DNA from: Harriotta raleighana
Lineage: Eukaryota
Assembly (NCBI GenBank): GCA_050575255.1
Contig: JBNZDD010013697.1
Location: forward strand, 4,662,263 to 4,726,262
Length of the DNA: 64,000 nucleotides
Direction: 5' to 3'
Under the pieces are notes generated by a model. The model saw only the letters and a program-made list of their open reading frames with translations, made no database searches and was not told the DNA's origin. How positions within the stretch are numbered: position 1 is the stretch's first letter; every line of letters starts with the position of its first letter. Below are positions 50,900 through 63,840 of the stretch, piece after piece. The translations under genes and the position numbers were made by a program.

Positions 50900-51240
50900 G
50901 ATGTCTGGTTTGAGCCTGACTCAATTGGTACCACTTTTTCTTATGGGTCAGAAAGTTGTGGGTACAAACCCTTTAGCAGAACTTTTAGTTTATTGCCACT
51001 TCACTGCAGTGCAGAGGAACGTTGTCAGAGCTGCCATGGTTTGGATGAGATGTGAAACCCAGGTCCTATCTACCTCTTCAGGTAGACATGAAAGTTCTCT
51101 TGACATAATTTGAAAAGAGTAGAGTTTTGCCTTACGTCCTGACTAACAATCACCTGAATAAAATTGATCATTCACATCATGGCTGTTTGTGGGACATTGC
51201 TGTGTGCAAATTATCTGCCCAATTAGCCTATACTTTACCG
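50900..51240 (+). mobile_element. Deu-domain SINE
   Basis: tRNA-like head (actcaattggta...gggtacaaaccc) and Deu core gttgtcagagctgccatggtttggatgagatgtgaaacc. Confidence 0.72.
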
Positions 51241-51637
51241 GAACATTTTGACAAAGTAATTGTTATTAATACTATTATTAAACGATTGCTAAATGAAAAC
51301 TTTGTCATCATTGGACATTCTGCTCTTGTCACAGTGAATAAATGGCTGTGCCTTGCAGTATTTTTGAAGGCGCTATCTCATGCATTTGAATGTCTTTTTA
51401 TGCATTACATGTTTAACGTCACTTAACTTTCTCCTAGGAGCAGCATTTCTGTCATATTTCTCACCGGTGATAATCACGAGATTGATTTTCACATTATTTA
51501 CCTTCAATTTTGAAGCTACTGTATATCTTTTGTTTTGTCACCAATACATTCTCCCACTTTTGGCCCATTGTTTACTGTATTCACCAATTAATGATTTGAA
51601 TCATTCCTTATGTGAATGGAGCTGTGCAAATGAAATA

Positions 51638-52011
51638 CAGTAAAACCTTGTTTATCTATGACCCGATCAACCGGATTGCTCGACCCTTCTCCCGGGGCAA
51701 TGCCTCATTCCAGCAATCGCGAGTTTGCTCACTTTGCGCATGCGTGCAATGCGTGTGCATGTGCATTTATTAAACTTGGGCTTTTTACTGATAGGTAAAA
51801 ATGCTTTTTTACCAATCTTTTTACCGAATGTGCTGGAATGCTTTATTGGTAAGTATCCATACAATATTCTGTTACTATTTAGTCTATTATTAACATGATA
51901 AGTTAAAATAAGTTAATTTTTATGTTAGGTTTTTGACAACTTCCCCCCATTTGTCCGGCACAGTCAATTAGTCAAGTCCCCCGAGCGTGCCGGATAAACA
52001 AGGTTTTATTG
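51638..52011. mobile_element. Complete Tigger-like MITE (374 bp)
   Basis: TIRs CAGTAAAACCTTGTTTATC / GATAAACAAGGTTTTATTG (1 mismatch), with TA on both sides. Confidence 0.88.
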
Positions 52012-52189
52012 TAGTTGCTATTCTTTCAAAGCAGCAATATTTCAAAAAAACAGCAGTAGTATCATACCTTGCACAGTATGGGTTAAGTTGCCTACTATTA
52101 CATTACAATGTTAAACCTCTTCACCTTTGTCCGAAGGGCAATGTTCTGCTGATAAGCTATATCCTGTCATCTACTGTGGATAGTGTAAC

Positions 52190-53270
52190 AGAATATTTTC
52201 TAAATGGGGAGATGCTAAGAACTGTTGAGGAGCAAAGGGATTTGAATATCCATGTTCACAGATCACTAAAAACAAGTTCATACGTGCAAAAAGGTATCAA
52301 GAAGCCTAATGGGATGTTGATTTATCTCAAATGCCTGGAATATACAAGAGAGGAAATTATGCTTCAACTATGCAGACCCTTGGTCAAACTTCATCTGGAG
52401 TACTGTACTGCCTTCGGTTTTAGGAACTGCACCTCAGGAAGGATACATTGGTTCTGGAGGGGAATCAGTGCAGATTCACCAGAATGATAAGTGATAAGGA
52501 CAGGTTGCATAAACTTGTTCTCTATCTTTGAGTTTAGAAGGTTGAGGGGTGATCTGATTGAGCTCTTCAAAATGAAGGGATTCAATACGGTAGATATAGA
52601 AAAAATGATTTCCTCTACTTGGGGAATCCAGAACAAGGGGTATTAGTCCGGCCATTTACGAGTGAAATTAGAAGGCAGTTTTTCACCCAAAGAGTGGTGG
52701 AAATCTGTAACTCTCTCCACCAAAAGACTGTGGATGCTTGATCCACTTCTGTGGCTCAGTGGTTAGAGCACTATCCTTACAAGCGTGAGACCTGTGTTCG
52801 AATCCAGGCAGATCAGGGCGAAACCTTGGGCAAGTTTCCTTACTCCACATGCCTAATAATAATCCCTCCAAAAAAACCACAATAATAAAATTGGTCATTT
52901 CAATCCATGACTGTTTGTGGGACACTGCTGTGCGCAATTGGCTGCCGCGTTCCGCCCACAAATATACAGTCAATTCACTTTACAGTATATTCTGTGAAGC
53001 GCTTTGGGACGTCGATAAGATGTGAAAAGCGCTATATCAAATGCAAGGATTATTATTATTATTATTTTCAAGATGTGGTAGGAAGATATTTGTTAGGCCA
53101 TGGTATTAAGGGATGTGAGGATGTCGGGTCTGGGTGAGTAACTGGACTTGGAATGACCTCCCGACATGAAAGTAATTTTATGGTTAATGTATAGGTCAGC
53201 TGTGATTTTACAGAATGGTGAAACAGACTTGAGGAGATGAATAGCCTTCTCCAGTCTCTATGTTTCTACG
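52190..53270 (+). mobile_element. CR1 3' portion interrupted by a SINE
   Basis: YFLNGEMLRTVEEQRDLNIHVHRSLK...LVKLHLEYC, with a CR1 3'UTR ending ctatgtttcta. Confidence 0.9.
52750..53067 (+). mobile_element. tRNA-SINE, full-length young copy (short variant) nested in CR1
   Basis: A box tggctcagtgg, B box gttcgaatcc, CpGs retained, (att)n tail. Confidence 0.93.
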
Positions 53271-54369
53271 ACGTAAACTGATTCCCTGATATTTAGTGAT
53301 GACTTTGGGAGTGGATCTCATCTAAAATTGTAAGAACTATTACAGGAATCAACAGCAGTCATATAAGTCTATGTGGAATTAGCCATCTAGTGTGAGTTCA
53401 ACACAAAGGTGAAAGGCATTCAATCAAAAACCTTCAATGTTGTTCCAGTGATAGGCAGATGACAGATTGTTTTTCTCCGCTGACAGAACATTCATTAGAA
53501 AATGAATGATTCTAATGAATATCAAACAGCTGAGACCAACATTAGAGTCTAGCACAAATTATTGAGAAATGCTCTTACACCCTGAACTGATACACCTGGG
53601 CTTGTAGTCAACAGGACAGAACAGCTGGAAATCCTCTATCAAGTGTTCATGGATAGCAATTTGAGCAAGGACATTTGGTCTGATGTTCCAATGACATTGT
53701 TCCGATGTCTCTCAGCCAGTCTGATCTTTAACATTTTATGTTAATAGATTGTCATGGTTTGTTGATCATAACTTTTCTAAGCACCGCATTAGCAAACCTG
53801 TGAACCAGTTGGATGGCAACGCTATGCAAGGGCACTTATGTTTAGTTCTGGAAAATCACTAAACAATAGGCATGTCTGGCAAGTGTTATGATTTTATGTA
53901 AAGGCTTTCAGGAACATTAAATTGAAGTACGCCTTCAATGAGCAAAAGCCAATTGGGGCATCGTCTTAAAATCAGGACCATGTCAGTCAGAACTGAGGTC
54001 AAAGGGATTAAAAGATCCAGGATTAAAAAGTCTGCCAAAACAAATAAACCAGTAAAACAGGCTAGAGGGGCTCAATGGTCTCCTCCTTCCCATATTTTCC
54101 TTTGTTCCTGTTTCCCTTACAAACTAAAATTGCTTAATCTCTCGATTGACAACCTTTCCATGTCACGATGTCTTTAATAGAATCTAACAAAAAAAAGCCT
54201 TGTTATTTTATATACAGAATTGCTGTATGGATGTTTGGTTAAACAGAAACATTACTCTCTTGACATAAACTTATATTATTAAACAGAGATACAAGCACAA
54301 ATAAAATAAATAAGAGAATTAAAAGGAGCACAGAAAAAGTATTTTACAAACTGCAAATATGTTGCTCAA

Positions 54370-54690
54370 ACTCTTGAGCAAAGGCTCAAGCCTGCTCAAT
54401 GTCCTGTACCCCACACGGCCCCCCACTAGTGGGCGAGGCTTCAGCAACTCTGCCCCTAACCTATGGAACTCCATTCTGCAGTCCCTCTGCCTCGCCCTCT
54501 CCCTAGCCTCCTTCAACTTCTATCTCAAGACCCTCCTCTTCGATGGTCCCACTGGTCGCCCCAAATCCCCCATTTTCCCTCTACCCTCCCTGTCCGATTC
54601 CAGCTCGGGTCTGAAACAATGACTGGATAGCACTTTGGGACATCCTCCTGACTTGAAAGGCACTACACAAGTGGAATTTTGTTGTTGTTG
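54370..54690 (+). mobile_element. L2 3' end
   Basis: GRGFSNSAPNLWNSI...FNFYLKTLLFD, with a tail ending ttttgttgttgttg. Confidence 0.88.
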
Positions 54691-57600
54691 AAAAATCCCT
54701 GTCACTGGGATGGTTTCAGTGTAAGAGGTCTGTAGTCTACATCATCAAGTGAGGTCATGGTACCCTCTCAAGAAAGGAGTGAAAAACCCACTATAAATTT
54801 GTAATTGTCTTTCAATCTCAAAAAGCCTAAAACAGAGCATCAAACAGGTCTTAAACCAATGTATTGCAAACTGGCATGGAAACCTTGGGGCATGTGTAAG
54901 CAGGATTAAATAAGGCACTGACTGTCTCTATAGAAGGAGAAAAGAGCTTTAAGATTATGTCATTTAAAAAAAGTAGGGGCCTGGGGTCCCTGAGATAGTT
55001 ATCACTGGGATGTAGTCAGAAGCAGAATGTCCCCCAATGGGATAGTTATCATTGGTGATAATTATCATATCACAAACAATTTTTCCATCTGATTTTCATC
55101 AGTAATTCAGATCAATACTTCCTGATCAAGAAGGAATTTTGCTGTTTCCCTAAGGGGAGTTAAATCATATTGAATTTGTTGACTAGATTGGCAATCCATT
55201 GTATGATGCGCTAGATAAACTTTAGATGATACTGCTGAGACAATACGGTAAAATAGTCGGTCAGTAAGCCGTTTAGAATTCAAAAGTGAGGAATGAGTGA
55301 AGAATTGATTCCAAGCTCTGGAGAAATTTTGAATCAATAGTAAGAATTGTAATTCAATCTACTTATAATTTGCATTCTCCACAATTGTGATTCTGACAGT
55401 ATAAATGTGTTTTCAAGCTGACTTGTCCAGATGGAGAAACCAAACATATTATATCCAACAATGAGGTTTGATCCTGGTTTGAGGATGAAGCACATCCAAA
55501 TTTGCTTTATGTTGTTCAGAATTAACCAAATTAAGACCTTTGCCAGTTTATCTCTGTTCGTTGTCTATAACAATAGCATGTGCTGGGTATGATTCCACAC
55601 AGTGCTAGAAATCAAGGACATTATCCCATTGAATTCAAGAATACAAATTTGTGCTCATGATTCCTCATCTTGTGAGATCCTTGATCGGATTGTGCAGAGA
55701 AAACTGAACAACTTAGGAGGCAAATCGCCCACTCCACAATTAAAGACATTATTTGAAGAGCATCAAAAGGAGGGCTTGAAAGCAGGTTCTCTATATTATA
55801 CAGTGATATAAGCAGATTAATGTGGAATGAGTCAATTTAAAATGCTGCAGAAATTAAACCTGTAATCGGTAAGATGTTAAAATTAGACGGATCCCTCTTC
55901 CCATACAACCAATACTATATACAATTTACACTGTTTTAAGGACACAAAAAACCCTCAAATTGAATCTTTCCTCATGCAGTTCAAGAATCAAATAATTTAG
56001 CTTATATAAAGGATATTAAATTGAAAAAAACAAAACAAATAATAGTTCAACTTTTAGATCTCTAATACCGGCTCCATGTTGTAAGTCACCAAGTTATTTA
56101 TTGTTCTCCCATCATCCTCTTTAGCTCTTGTTTTTGTGGAAGTAATAGGAAGACAAATAACAGAGAACGACTGGAGAGCATTGTAAATTTGAGTTGGTTG
56201 CTCCCAAATGAATGATCTTCATTGTGAATATTATGATAATGTTGCAGCTTATTTCTGGCATTCAGTCTAATTCTGGGCAAATTGCCAGGCAATTTAAGAA
56301 TATTGAACTGAATCAGCCTATTCAACCAAATAACACATGGTATAAATCTACGTCTCAGAGGTAGTTATGCCTGGTTGCCTCAAGCGAGGGAATGGCTGCA
56401 TTGTTGAAGCTGAGCTGAGAGTTGACTGTAGATATGAAATCTCTATTCTTAAGCAAACTGCATTTGTGAGCCCAGCTGTTGAAAATGAAAGATTCAATTC
56501 AGGGACTTAAATTACAAATAAGTGAAGTATGAAACAGATGTGATTGGTAAGAAGTTGAAAATGCTCCACTGGAAAGCCATATCCTGGCGTGGCTTTACCA
56601 GGGAATGTGGACTGTCTGGAGACTCCATGTAAAAACAACCTGCTGTTTTATAAATTCCCTGATGATAGCACAGGCTCAGGATTTTAAAAGCCTGGTAACG
56701 CAAGTCATTAAACAAAAATTGGCTATAACTAAATTTAAATCTGTGATAAAAATGCACAGGACCAACCAAGAATGAGTCAGTCATTGTCACAGTAATAAAA
56801 AGAATGCATTCTGTCAGTTGCTAAACAGCAAGAGGAAATGAATTGATGTCCACTTTGTGCAAACTAGTTGATAACAAGGCAATGAAATGCAAATGGTATC
56901 TGGTGAAAGGTGTCTGCTAATGGCATTTGTTTTTCAATGGTTAGACCGTAGTTTCATACAAAAGGATGCGGAATGCAATAAAATCCTCATGTGTTAGATT
57001 TCATGTTTTGTCAACAAATTTTCTGACACAAATCAATTGAAATGCAGCCAATTAAATACCACTAACAGCTGCTTAGTATCATGTTCCAAATCACACCAGC
57101 ATCCTACATGCTTTTGAACCACAGGTAGCCATGTTACACATATAGTGACATTGATTATCTCTTTTCAATGAATCGTGGTCGTTGAATTAAACTCTAATAT
57201 GAAAGTCAGCAACATTGTAAATTTATTATATATCCCCTCCATGGTTCGTTAATTTGTGTTTCAATATATTTTCATGTTCCTTCACTTGCTCCAAATGTTA
57301 ATTATAATTTCCCTTGCACTAATCTTTTTGTACCACAGTGGGTCTCTATCCTACACAGAACATTTTACACAGAACATTGCTATTAACTAGCATATAATTA
57401 AATTTTGGGAATGTGTATGTTTGTAAAATAGAGAAACTCAATGCCACATAAAACTGCCTCCAACTAGAATGGAATGAGTCTGGGTGTGACTAAGATTCTA
57501 AATTACTTTTCCTTTAGTGAGTTCATTGTTTATTTCATTTTCCAAATAGAAATTCAAAAGAAATAAGGACAAATCCACAACCACAAAAGTAGACTTAAGG

Positions 57601-58274
57601 TACAATTACTTTGTGTGTGTGTATACATTTAAAAAGCATTGCTTCCCCATACATATACAGTCACTTCACTTACAGTAATATTCTGTGAAGTGCTTTCAGA
57701 TTCCTTCATGATGTGATAAGGCATGATATCAAATGCAAAGATTATAATAATTATTAGAGGCAGATGATTACAACCAAATAATTACAACAACAACAATTTG
57801 CACTTATATAGCACCATTCACTTGAGCTATGTCTTGGAGCGCGTACATTACATTACAAACAACAATATATATTTGAAAGTAGTTGTGACAAAATGCACAT
57901 TGTATCAGAAAGTTGAAAGCCCTAGAGGAAGAGCTGTCACTGACTAGGCAATTGGAGGTTGGGGGGGGGGGTGGAGAGGAGGTGCAGTAACAGAAGCTGT
58001 GCAGGGAATTGAGATTAACTAGATATTCTGGAGAGAGTCCAACAGAAGCCCCACAGAGGGGTGTGGGTAACACTGGGGAAAGGAAAAGGGGTTTGTGCCT
58101 AAATTGTTTTGAGATTTTAATAAAAATTAAAATAATCCACTTTGCTTATAATCATAGTGAGAGCCATTTGTATGTTGCGATTTCTTGACAGTTTTCCAAA
58201 CAATTTTAAAACAAAGTAGCTTGGCAGATCTTCCAGCTCTGGAAACCACCCTTGTGAGCAACAAGCGCGCCAGT

Positions 58275-58379
58275 AATAAAGAATTAGGGAATTTAAGGGG
58301 TCTAGATAGGCAGCTCTTGTTCACATACCAGTCAGACTTATTGCCTATCTAGACCCCTTAAGTTCCCTAATTCTTTATT
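58275..58379. repeat. Near-perfect inverted repeat (38-bp arms, 29-nt loop)
   Basis: 58275-58312 matches the reverse complement of 58342-58379 at 37/38 positions; the single mismatch is a G-U pair on the + strand. Confidence 0.95.
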
Positions 58380-58837
58380 CTTTAGAAGAACACTAGTCTT
58401 TAGTGATTTCAAATGGATCAGACTTGTTTGTGCTGATTCTTTGTTTAAGATTATTTTACTGTTTGATAGTGAGCATATTCTCTATTTAGTTCTTATGCAC
58501 CTTTTTTTCCCGGTAGTTATAGACTGACTAGCATTTTTTATATAAATATTATTTTATTTTGCTGTAAATTAATTATTTTTTCATGTTTCTAATCTGTATT
58601 TGCCAGAGTGAAGGATGTCACTACAACAGATTCAATATTTGCTCTTTCAATGAAAAGGTGCATCCTGCAGTCCAAGATCAGGCATATTATGAATGAGGTG
58701 AAATACAAAGAGTCTTCATCCAAACCACAGAAAAGTCTCCCACAATGAACCAAAGTAACTGTTACTTCCTTCATGTTCTTCATTGTTGTGGATTTCCACA
58801 GCCAGTTTAGAAATATAAATTGTACCTGAAATTTGTG

Positions 58838-59040
58838 GAGTCCTGCCGCATATTATTTATAGAGTATTCGTCTTGCAAGAGAACCCGGGTTTAATTCCCA
58901 GGCCTGGCAAAATAGTAGGCAAGTTTTCTTACTTCATACACCTCTGTTGGAATCCGGTTGTTATTCGATTGTTGTTTTCTGGTGGTATTAATCCTATAAT
59001 CCTGATTCTGTATTGTTTAGTGACTGTGTATTTGTAAGAA
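58838..59040 (+). mobile_element. Decayed tRNA-SINE head (long variant)
   Basis: ggagtcctg...gggtttaattccc...ccggttgttattcgattg. Confidence 0.7.
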
Positions 59041-59388
59041 ATCATTGCTGGTGTCTTCCTTCGATCAGTTGAATGAAACCATTGATGACTTTGGGACCCA
59101 GTTTATCCAAATAAGAATGATACCAAATAGCAGCTTTATTAGTGAATGCAATAATATTCCTTGCATTTGTCCATTAAAGGTCATGATAATTACAAAAAAT
59201 AATTAAAATAAATCAATAGTGGACTCAGCTAGTAATCATATTTCCTATTAATGTCAGGTTTCATTTATCATCATTTTTTGCTGATCAAGGAATTAGCTGT
59301 TAAAGTATTTCAGGTCCAATTCCCATCCAGACATATTTTGGTAAGAATTACACTAACCACATACCAATCACTGTCAAATTATATTATC

Positions 59389-59462
59389 CTGATGAAGGGT
59401 CGTGGACCTGAAACGTGCTGCCTGACCTGCTGAGTGTTCCCAGCGACTTCTGTTTTTGTTTT
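59389..59462 (+). mobile_element. Penelope-derived fragment with a hammerhead core
   Basis: CTGATGA-a-GGGTC-gtg-GACCT-GAAA-cgt, followed by the same tail as 49140-49176. Confidence 0.6.
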
Positions 59463-59669
59463 ACATTATCCTTGCCCAGCTCAGACTATCCTAGATTAGA
59501 TATATTTCCAACAATTAGTGTAGTTACGCAAAACCGTTGAATAATTTGTACAAAAGAAATTAAATGTATCAGTCACTATTAGATTTCATAATACTGTACT
59601 ATGTTATTGATCGGTATAACAAAGTAAAACTTTTTTTTTTCTCAGTTGAATAAAACTTTGTTCTGTCTG

Positions 59670-60160
59670 TGGCAGTGACTGGATGTGGGCTAAGAAGAGA
59701 TGGGGATCAAAGCTGATGCCAAGGTTATGTGTGGGTTTGGTGATTTTGAGGGATAGACTGGGAAGGTTGAGGAGTTCAGAGTCACAGAAGAGAAGACTTT
59801 GAGAGCCAAGGAGTATGGGTTCAATGAGTATGTCAATGTCCAACACAGGAAGTTTGCATTCATCCAGGCCTTGATTTCTGACAAACAAGCTGACAGAACA
59901 ACAGTGGATCTGGAGTCGCAACTGGAGGAGAAGAAATAAATTTGGGTGTCGTCTGCATCCACGTGGAAGTTGTTGGTGGGGTTGGCATCACTGAGAGGGA
60001 GCATGTGAGTAAGGAATGGAGAGGACCAAGGATGGAGCTTTCGGGTAGACCGGAAGTGACCAGGCAGGGATCGGGGATAAAATCATTTGCGCAGATGAAA
60101 TTATAGTGGTTGATTAAGTAGGGCTCTAATCAGTCGAGTGTGGTGCCACTGAGGTGGATA
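59670..60160 (-). mobile_element. Decayed L2 RT fragment
   Basis: NFHVDADDTQIY..VLSACLSEIKAWMNANFL and NLGISFDP. Confidence 0.85.
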
Positions 60161-60299
60161 TGAGACTAACAATGTCTTGCATTTATATAGCATCCTTCAT
60201 GGGGGTATTGTCATGGAGAGCTTAAGAGCGGTGTGGTTTGACGTTGCGATGAGTGGATGTATATGCATATGCAACAGATATGCAAAATAATCAGGGTCA

Positions 60300-60620
60300 C
60301 TTAGGTCTGAACACATGTTGAAATCTTAATAGAGGCATAAAGCCGGAAGTGTGTGTAGAGGAAACAGTTTGCTTACTGAGTATGGTGAAAGATGGATTGC
60401 ATGAGTTGTGCCTCACTTTATTGATTTTTTTTCCCACCAAGTGAATGTAATGGATGATCTTCTGTGGGACGTACAGATTGAGAGTTTCAACAGGTATAAG
60501 ATTTCCGGTAGTGCAGGAAGAACTAGAAATGGGCTCTGACACATCAACGCCATTGAATGGTAAAGTTACAGAATGCATGGGAATTGCGGCTTATAGAGCT
60601 GTCGGAGACTGAGAGTAGTA
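60300..60620 (-). mobile_element. Possible highly decayed L1-clade ORF2 fragment
   Basis: Frame-switching peptide QLYKPQF / LPEILYLL / VPQKII / FTW..K resembles the post-RT region of L1 ORF2. By-eye similarity only. Confidence 0.3.
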
Positions 60621-62349
60621 GAAAGGAAAAGCTACAACAACATTACTTGTACATAGACTAATATCCTAGAGTGCTTGACAGTCACAGAGAACAACACTGA
60701 CCCGGGGGGGAGGGATAGGTGACCGTAGGCACGGTCGAACAACTATTCAAACCAGAACAAAAAGCGAAAAACAGATAGATTACCAGCAAGGAAGGCAAGA
60801 TAACAGTAGAACTGTTAAAAGAATTACTGCAGTAAAATCAAGAATGAGAGTGGAAGGCAAAAGTTGAATAAAATAGTCAAAGAGAAATCCAAATAGCAGA
60901 GAAAGAAAGCAGCTTGAGAAAACCTGGAAAATAATAATATAAAACAATCCTTAAATGGTGCATAAATCCAGCCACAATCAAGGAATAAAAGCCAATATTT
61001 AAACACTGAATAGAATTTCTAATGAATTGTACAGCAGGCCAGCATTTGTGATAAATCTTGAATAATGGCAATGAAAAATGCAATGTTTTGCAACAAATTC
61101 ACTAATAATAATCCTTGTGTTTGATATAGTGCTTTATCAAGTCTTCAGAAAGTCTGAAAGCTGTTCACAGAATATACTATAAAGGAATTGACTGTATATT
61201 TTGTGGGCAAAACATGATCAAATCTGTTATGAAACTTTTTTTGTTGTATTTTGTCTAAATCAAATACTGAATCTACTAGAAATTGTAACATAAACGATAA
61301 AATTTACTCTGCTTCTAGAAAAATGAATGATACTGATCACTAATCCGAATGTGAACAGATTCATACAACTGCTGATCTAGTGAATAACTGTGACTGCTAT
61401 TTATTTATCTTGATCTTCAAGTACATTCTATATCCCCTGCAGTGAATGTGGAAGCACCCGACTGAATCCAAACACAGAAGGAAAGTTAAACATCAGGTCT
61501 GAGAGAGTGTGTATTGCAAAGGAAGAAATTTATTACAAGTCTTAATTTACTTTCATTACAATCGAGTAATCAGTAAATCTTGTTCTTTAAAAAAACCTAC
61601 CTGTTTCAAAATGATTCATTGATTGGATTAAGAGGTTCCTCTGCACCAGTTTGTGCACTTACACAATGAATGCTATTTTCTGAGCCAACCTGATATTTAT
61701 CTGTGTGGAAAAGGAATCTGGTGACAGCTCTGGGACCCTGTAGTTTATATAATCGAGTACACCCCTAATGCCTCTTATAAATCACTTTTTTCTATTTTTC
61801 AAAGAAAGTACAGGGAGTGTAACTTGTGCAAAGTTGTTCTCTTTCACATTTAATCCAAACTGGAAATGTGAAGTGCACCTAAAAAAAAATGATAGGAGCT
61901 TAACCAACTGGAAACTTCATGTGCAAATGCATTAACAATGTCAAAAAATTATATTATTTAAATGCTTATTCAATAAGAGAATGAGTAATCTTCATATAAT
62001 CGTGCAATTATTGCCCGTACTTGCTTTTTTTAGAATAACATGGATTTTTTAAACAGCAACAAGTATAGCCCATAATTCAAATTGATTTACACATTGAGAA
62101 TTCTGTCTGCTAGTGCAGATGATACCAGATTATGAATACTGTACTCTATCAATACATGTAATTTAATGATATAACTTATGTTGTAGGGCATTGTGTTGAC
62201 AAGTTATGCTGTGGAAGTTGTCAAATGTTAACTAATTACTGTACACTGCAATGTATTCTGCACAGAGAATAATTCTGTTACTGTTAAAAACTGCCTAGAA
62301 ATATATCTTACTAACTATAGTCGGCCACACAGTGCAGTTTTCTCACAGT

Positions 62350-62686
62350 AATATTAATCCTTGAATTTGATATAGAGCATTATCACATCTTTGGGATGTC
62401 TTAAAGTGCTTCATAGAGTGTAGAGTGAATTAACTGTATATTTTGTGGTAGAAACATGCCAGTCAATTGCACACAGCAGTGTCCTACAAACAATCGTGGA
62501 TTGAAGTGACCAATTTTAAAGGCATTAGTAACCCTGGAAAAGCGACAATCGACTAACAACCGGGTTTCTACTTACTATTAGGTAAACAGAGGCGTGTGGA
62601 GTAAGGAAATATTCGCCCTGCCCAGGGATTGAGCATGGGTTTCTCACTTATGACACGAGTGCTGTAACCACTGAGCTACAGGATTC
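62350..62686 (-). mobile_element. tRNA-SINE, full length (long variant)
   Basis: rc head aatcctgtagctcagtggttacagcactcg, with the internal segment cccggttgttagtcgattgtcgc. Confidence 0.88.
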
Positions 62687-63129
62687 TAGCTCAGCTGAAT
62701 TTAAAAAAAAGACTAAATTCTATTTGCTTTCATTCCTTCAATGTCTTATGCTGCATTTTTAGTATTCTATTGCTCTGGTTAATGTACATTCTGTCAAGGC
62801 ATGTTTGCATTTTCCAATCATGTGTAAGAATTAAATAGGATGCAAATAACATTATAATTTATTCAAATTAGCCACATTGACATATAGCCAGGCATCCTTG
62901 AGGCTGGGAATCATAGCATAGTCAGTGAAAATAACTGGCAGAAGGTAACAGCAGCTCCAGTACTAGTGTGATTAAACAACAGGAAGGCTCATTTCCATCA
63001 GTAAAATGTAGGGTGTCATGAGAAACAAAGTCAAACTCTTTGGCAAGGGCAACCAGTTTACTGGAACTAGTGCAACCTCCAAATCCTGAATGCAGTTTTG
63101 GACCATGTTATTCCAATAGTAAAACAATG

Positions 63130-63720
63130 TGACAACAACAACTTTGATTTATATAGAGTCCTCCACGCCGGACAGTGTGGCAGACGGTTAAGAACACTTG
63201 TATCACTTGAAATTATAAACCCAATAATAATGATTTTCTGCGTTGGTTATGCCAAGAGAATATAAACAGAAACCAGCTATAGATGGTACACATCTGGTCA
63301 CTGTTTCCAACAACAAGCAAGTACGGGCAACAATTTGCTTTATAAAGCTGGGTGGAGTCTCAGAGCACTTAACAATGCGGAGCCCGAGGTCGAGCCAGGG
63401 GGAGGGGAAGGTGACATTGTCGCAGTCAAAGAGAAGAGTCTTCAGGCGCGACCTGAAGATGGGAAAGGAGGGAGTGAAGTGAAGGGGTTGAGGAAGGAAG
63501 TTCCAAAGCTTCGGGGCATAGTGGCTGAAAGCATGGCCACCTATAGTGGAGCGGAGGATTCAGGGGACAAGAAGGAGGCCGGACTCAATAGAATGGAGGC
63601 AGCGGACACTACTATGAGGAGAGAGGAGGTTAGAGAGGTAATACAGTGCTGAGGAATGGAGGGATTTAAACACTAGAGTAAGGATCTTTAAGTCAATCCT
63701 CTTTGTGACAGGGAGTCAGC
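63130..63720 (-). mobile_element. L2 3' fragments
   Basis: L2 tails at ~63130-63180 and ~63330-63375, followed by rc ORF2 end. Confidence 0.8.
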
Positions 63721-63840
63721 ATTTAACCCAACATTTAATAAACTTAAATTTTTTTTAAGCAGTTTCAACCAATATATAAAAAAAAGGCATATTGATCTTC
63801 AGAAAAATACTTATTACAAATGCATGAACAATCTAAAAAG

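Noticed and set aside
52750-52810. tRNA genes (here and at 3349, 18237, 31635, 44697, 62686)
   Set aside because: These are A/B-box heads that run into SINE bodies and lack a complete cloverleaf acceptor stem.
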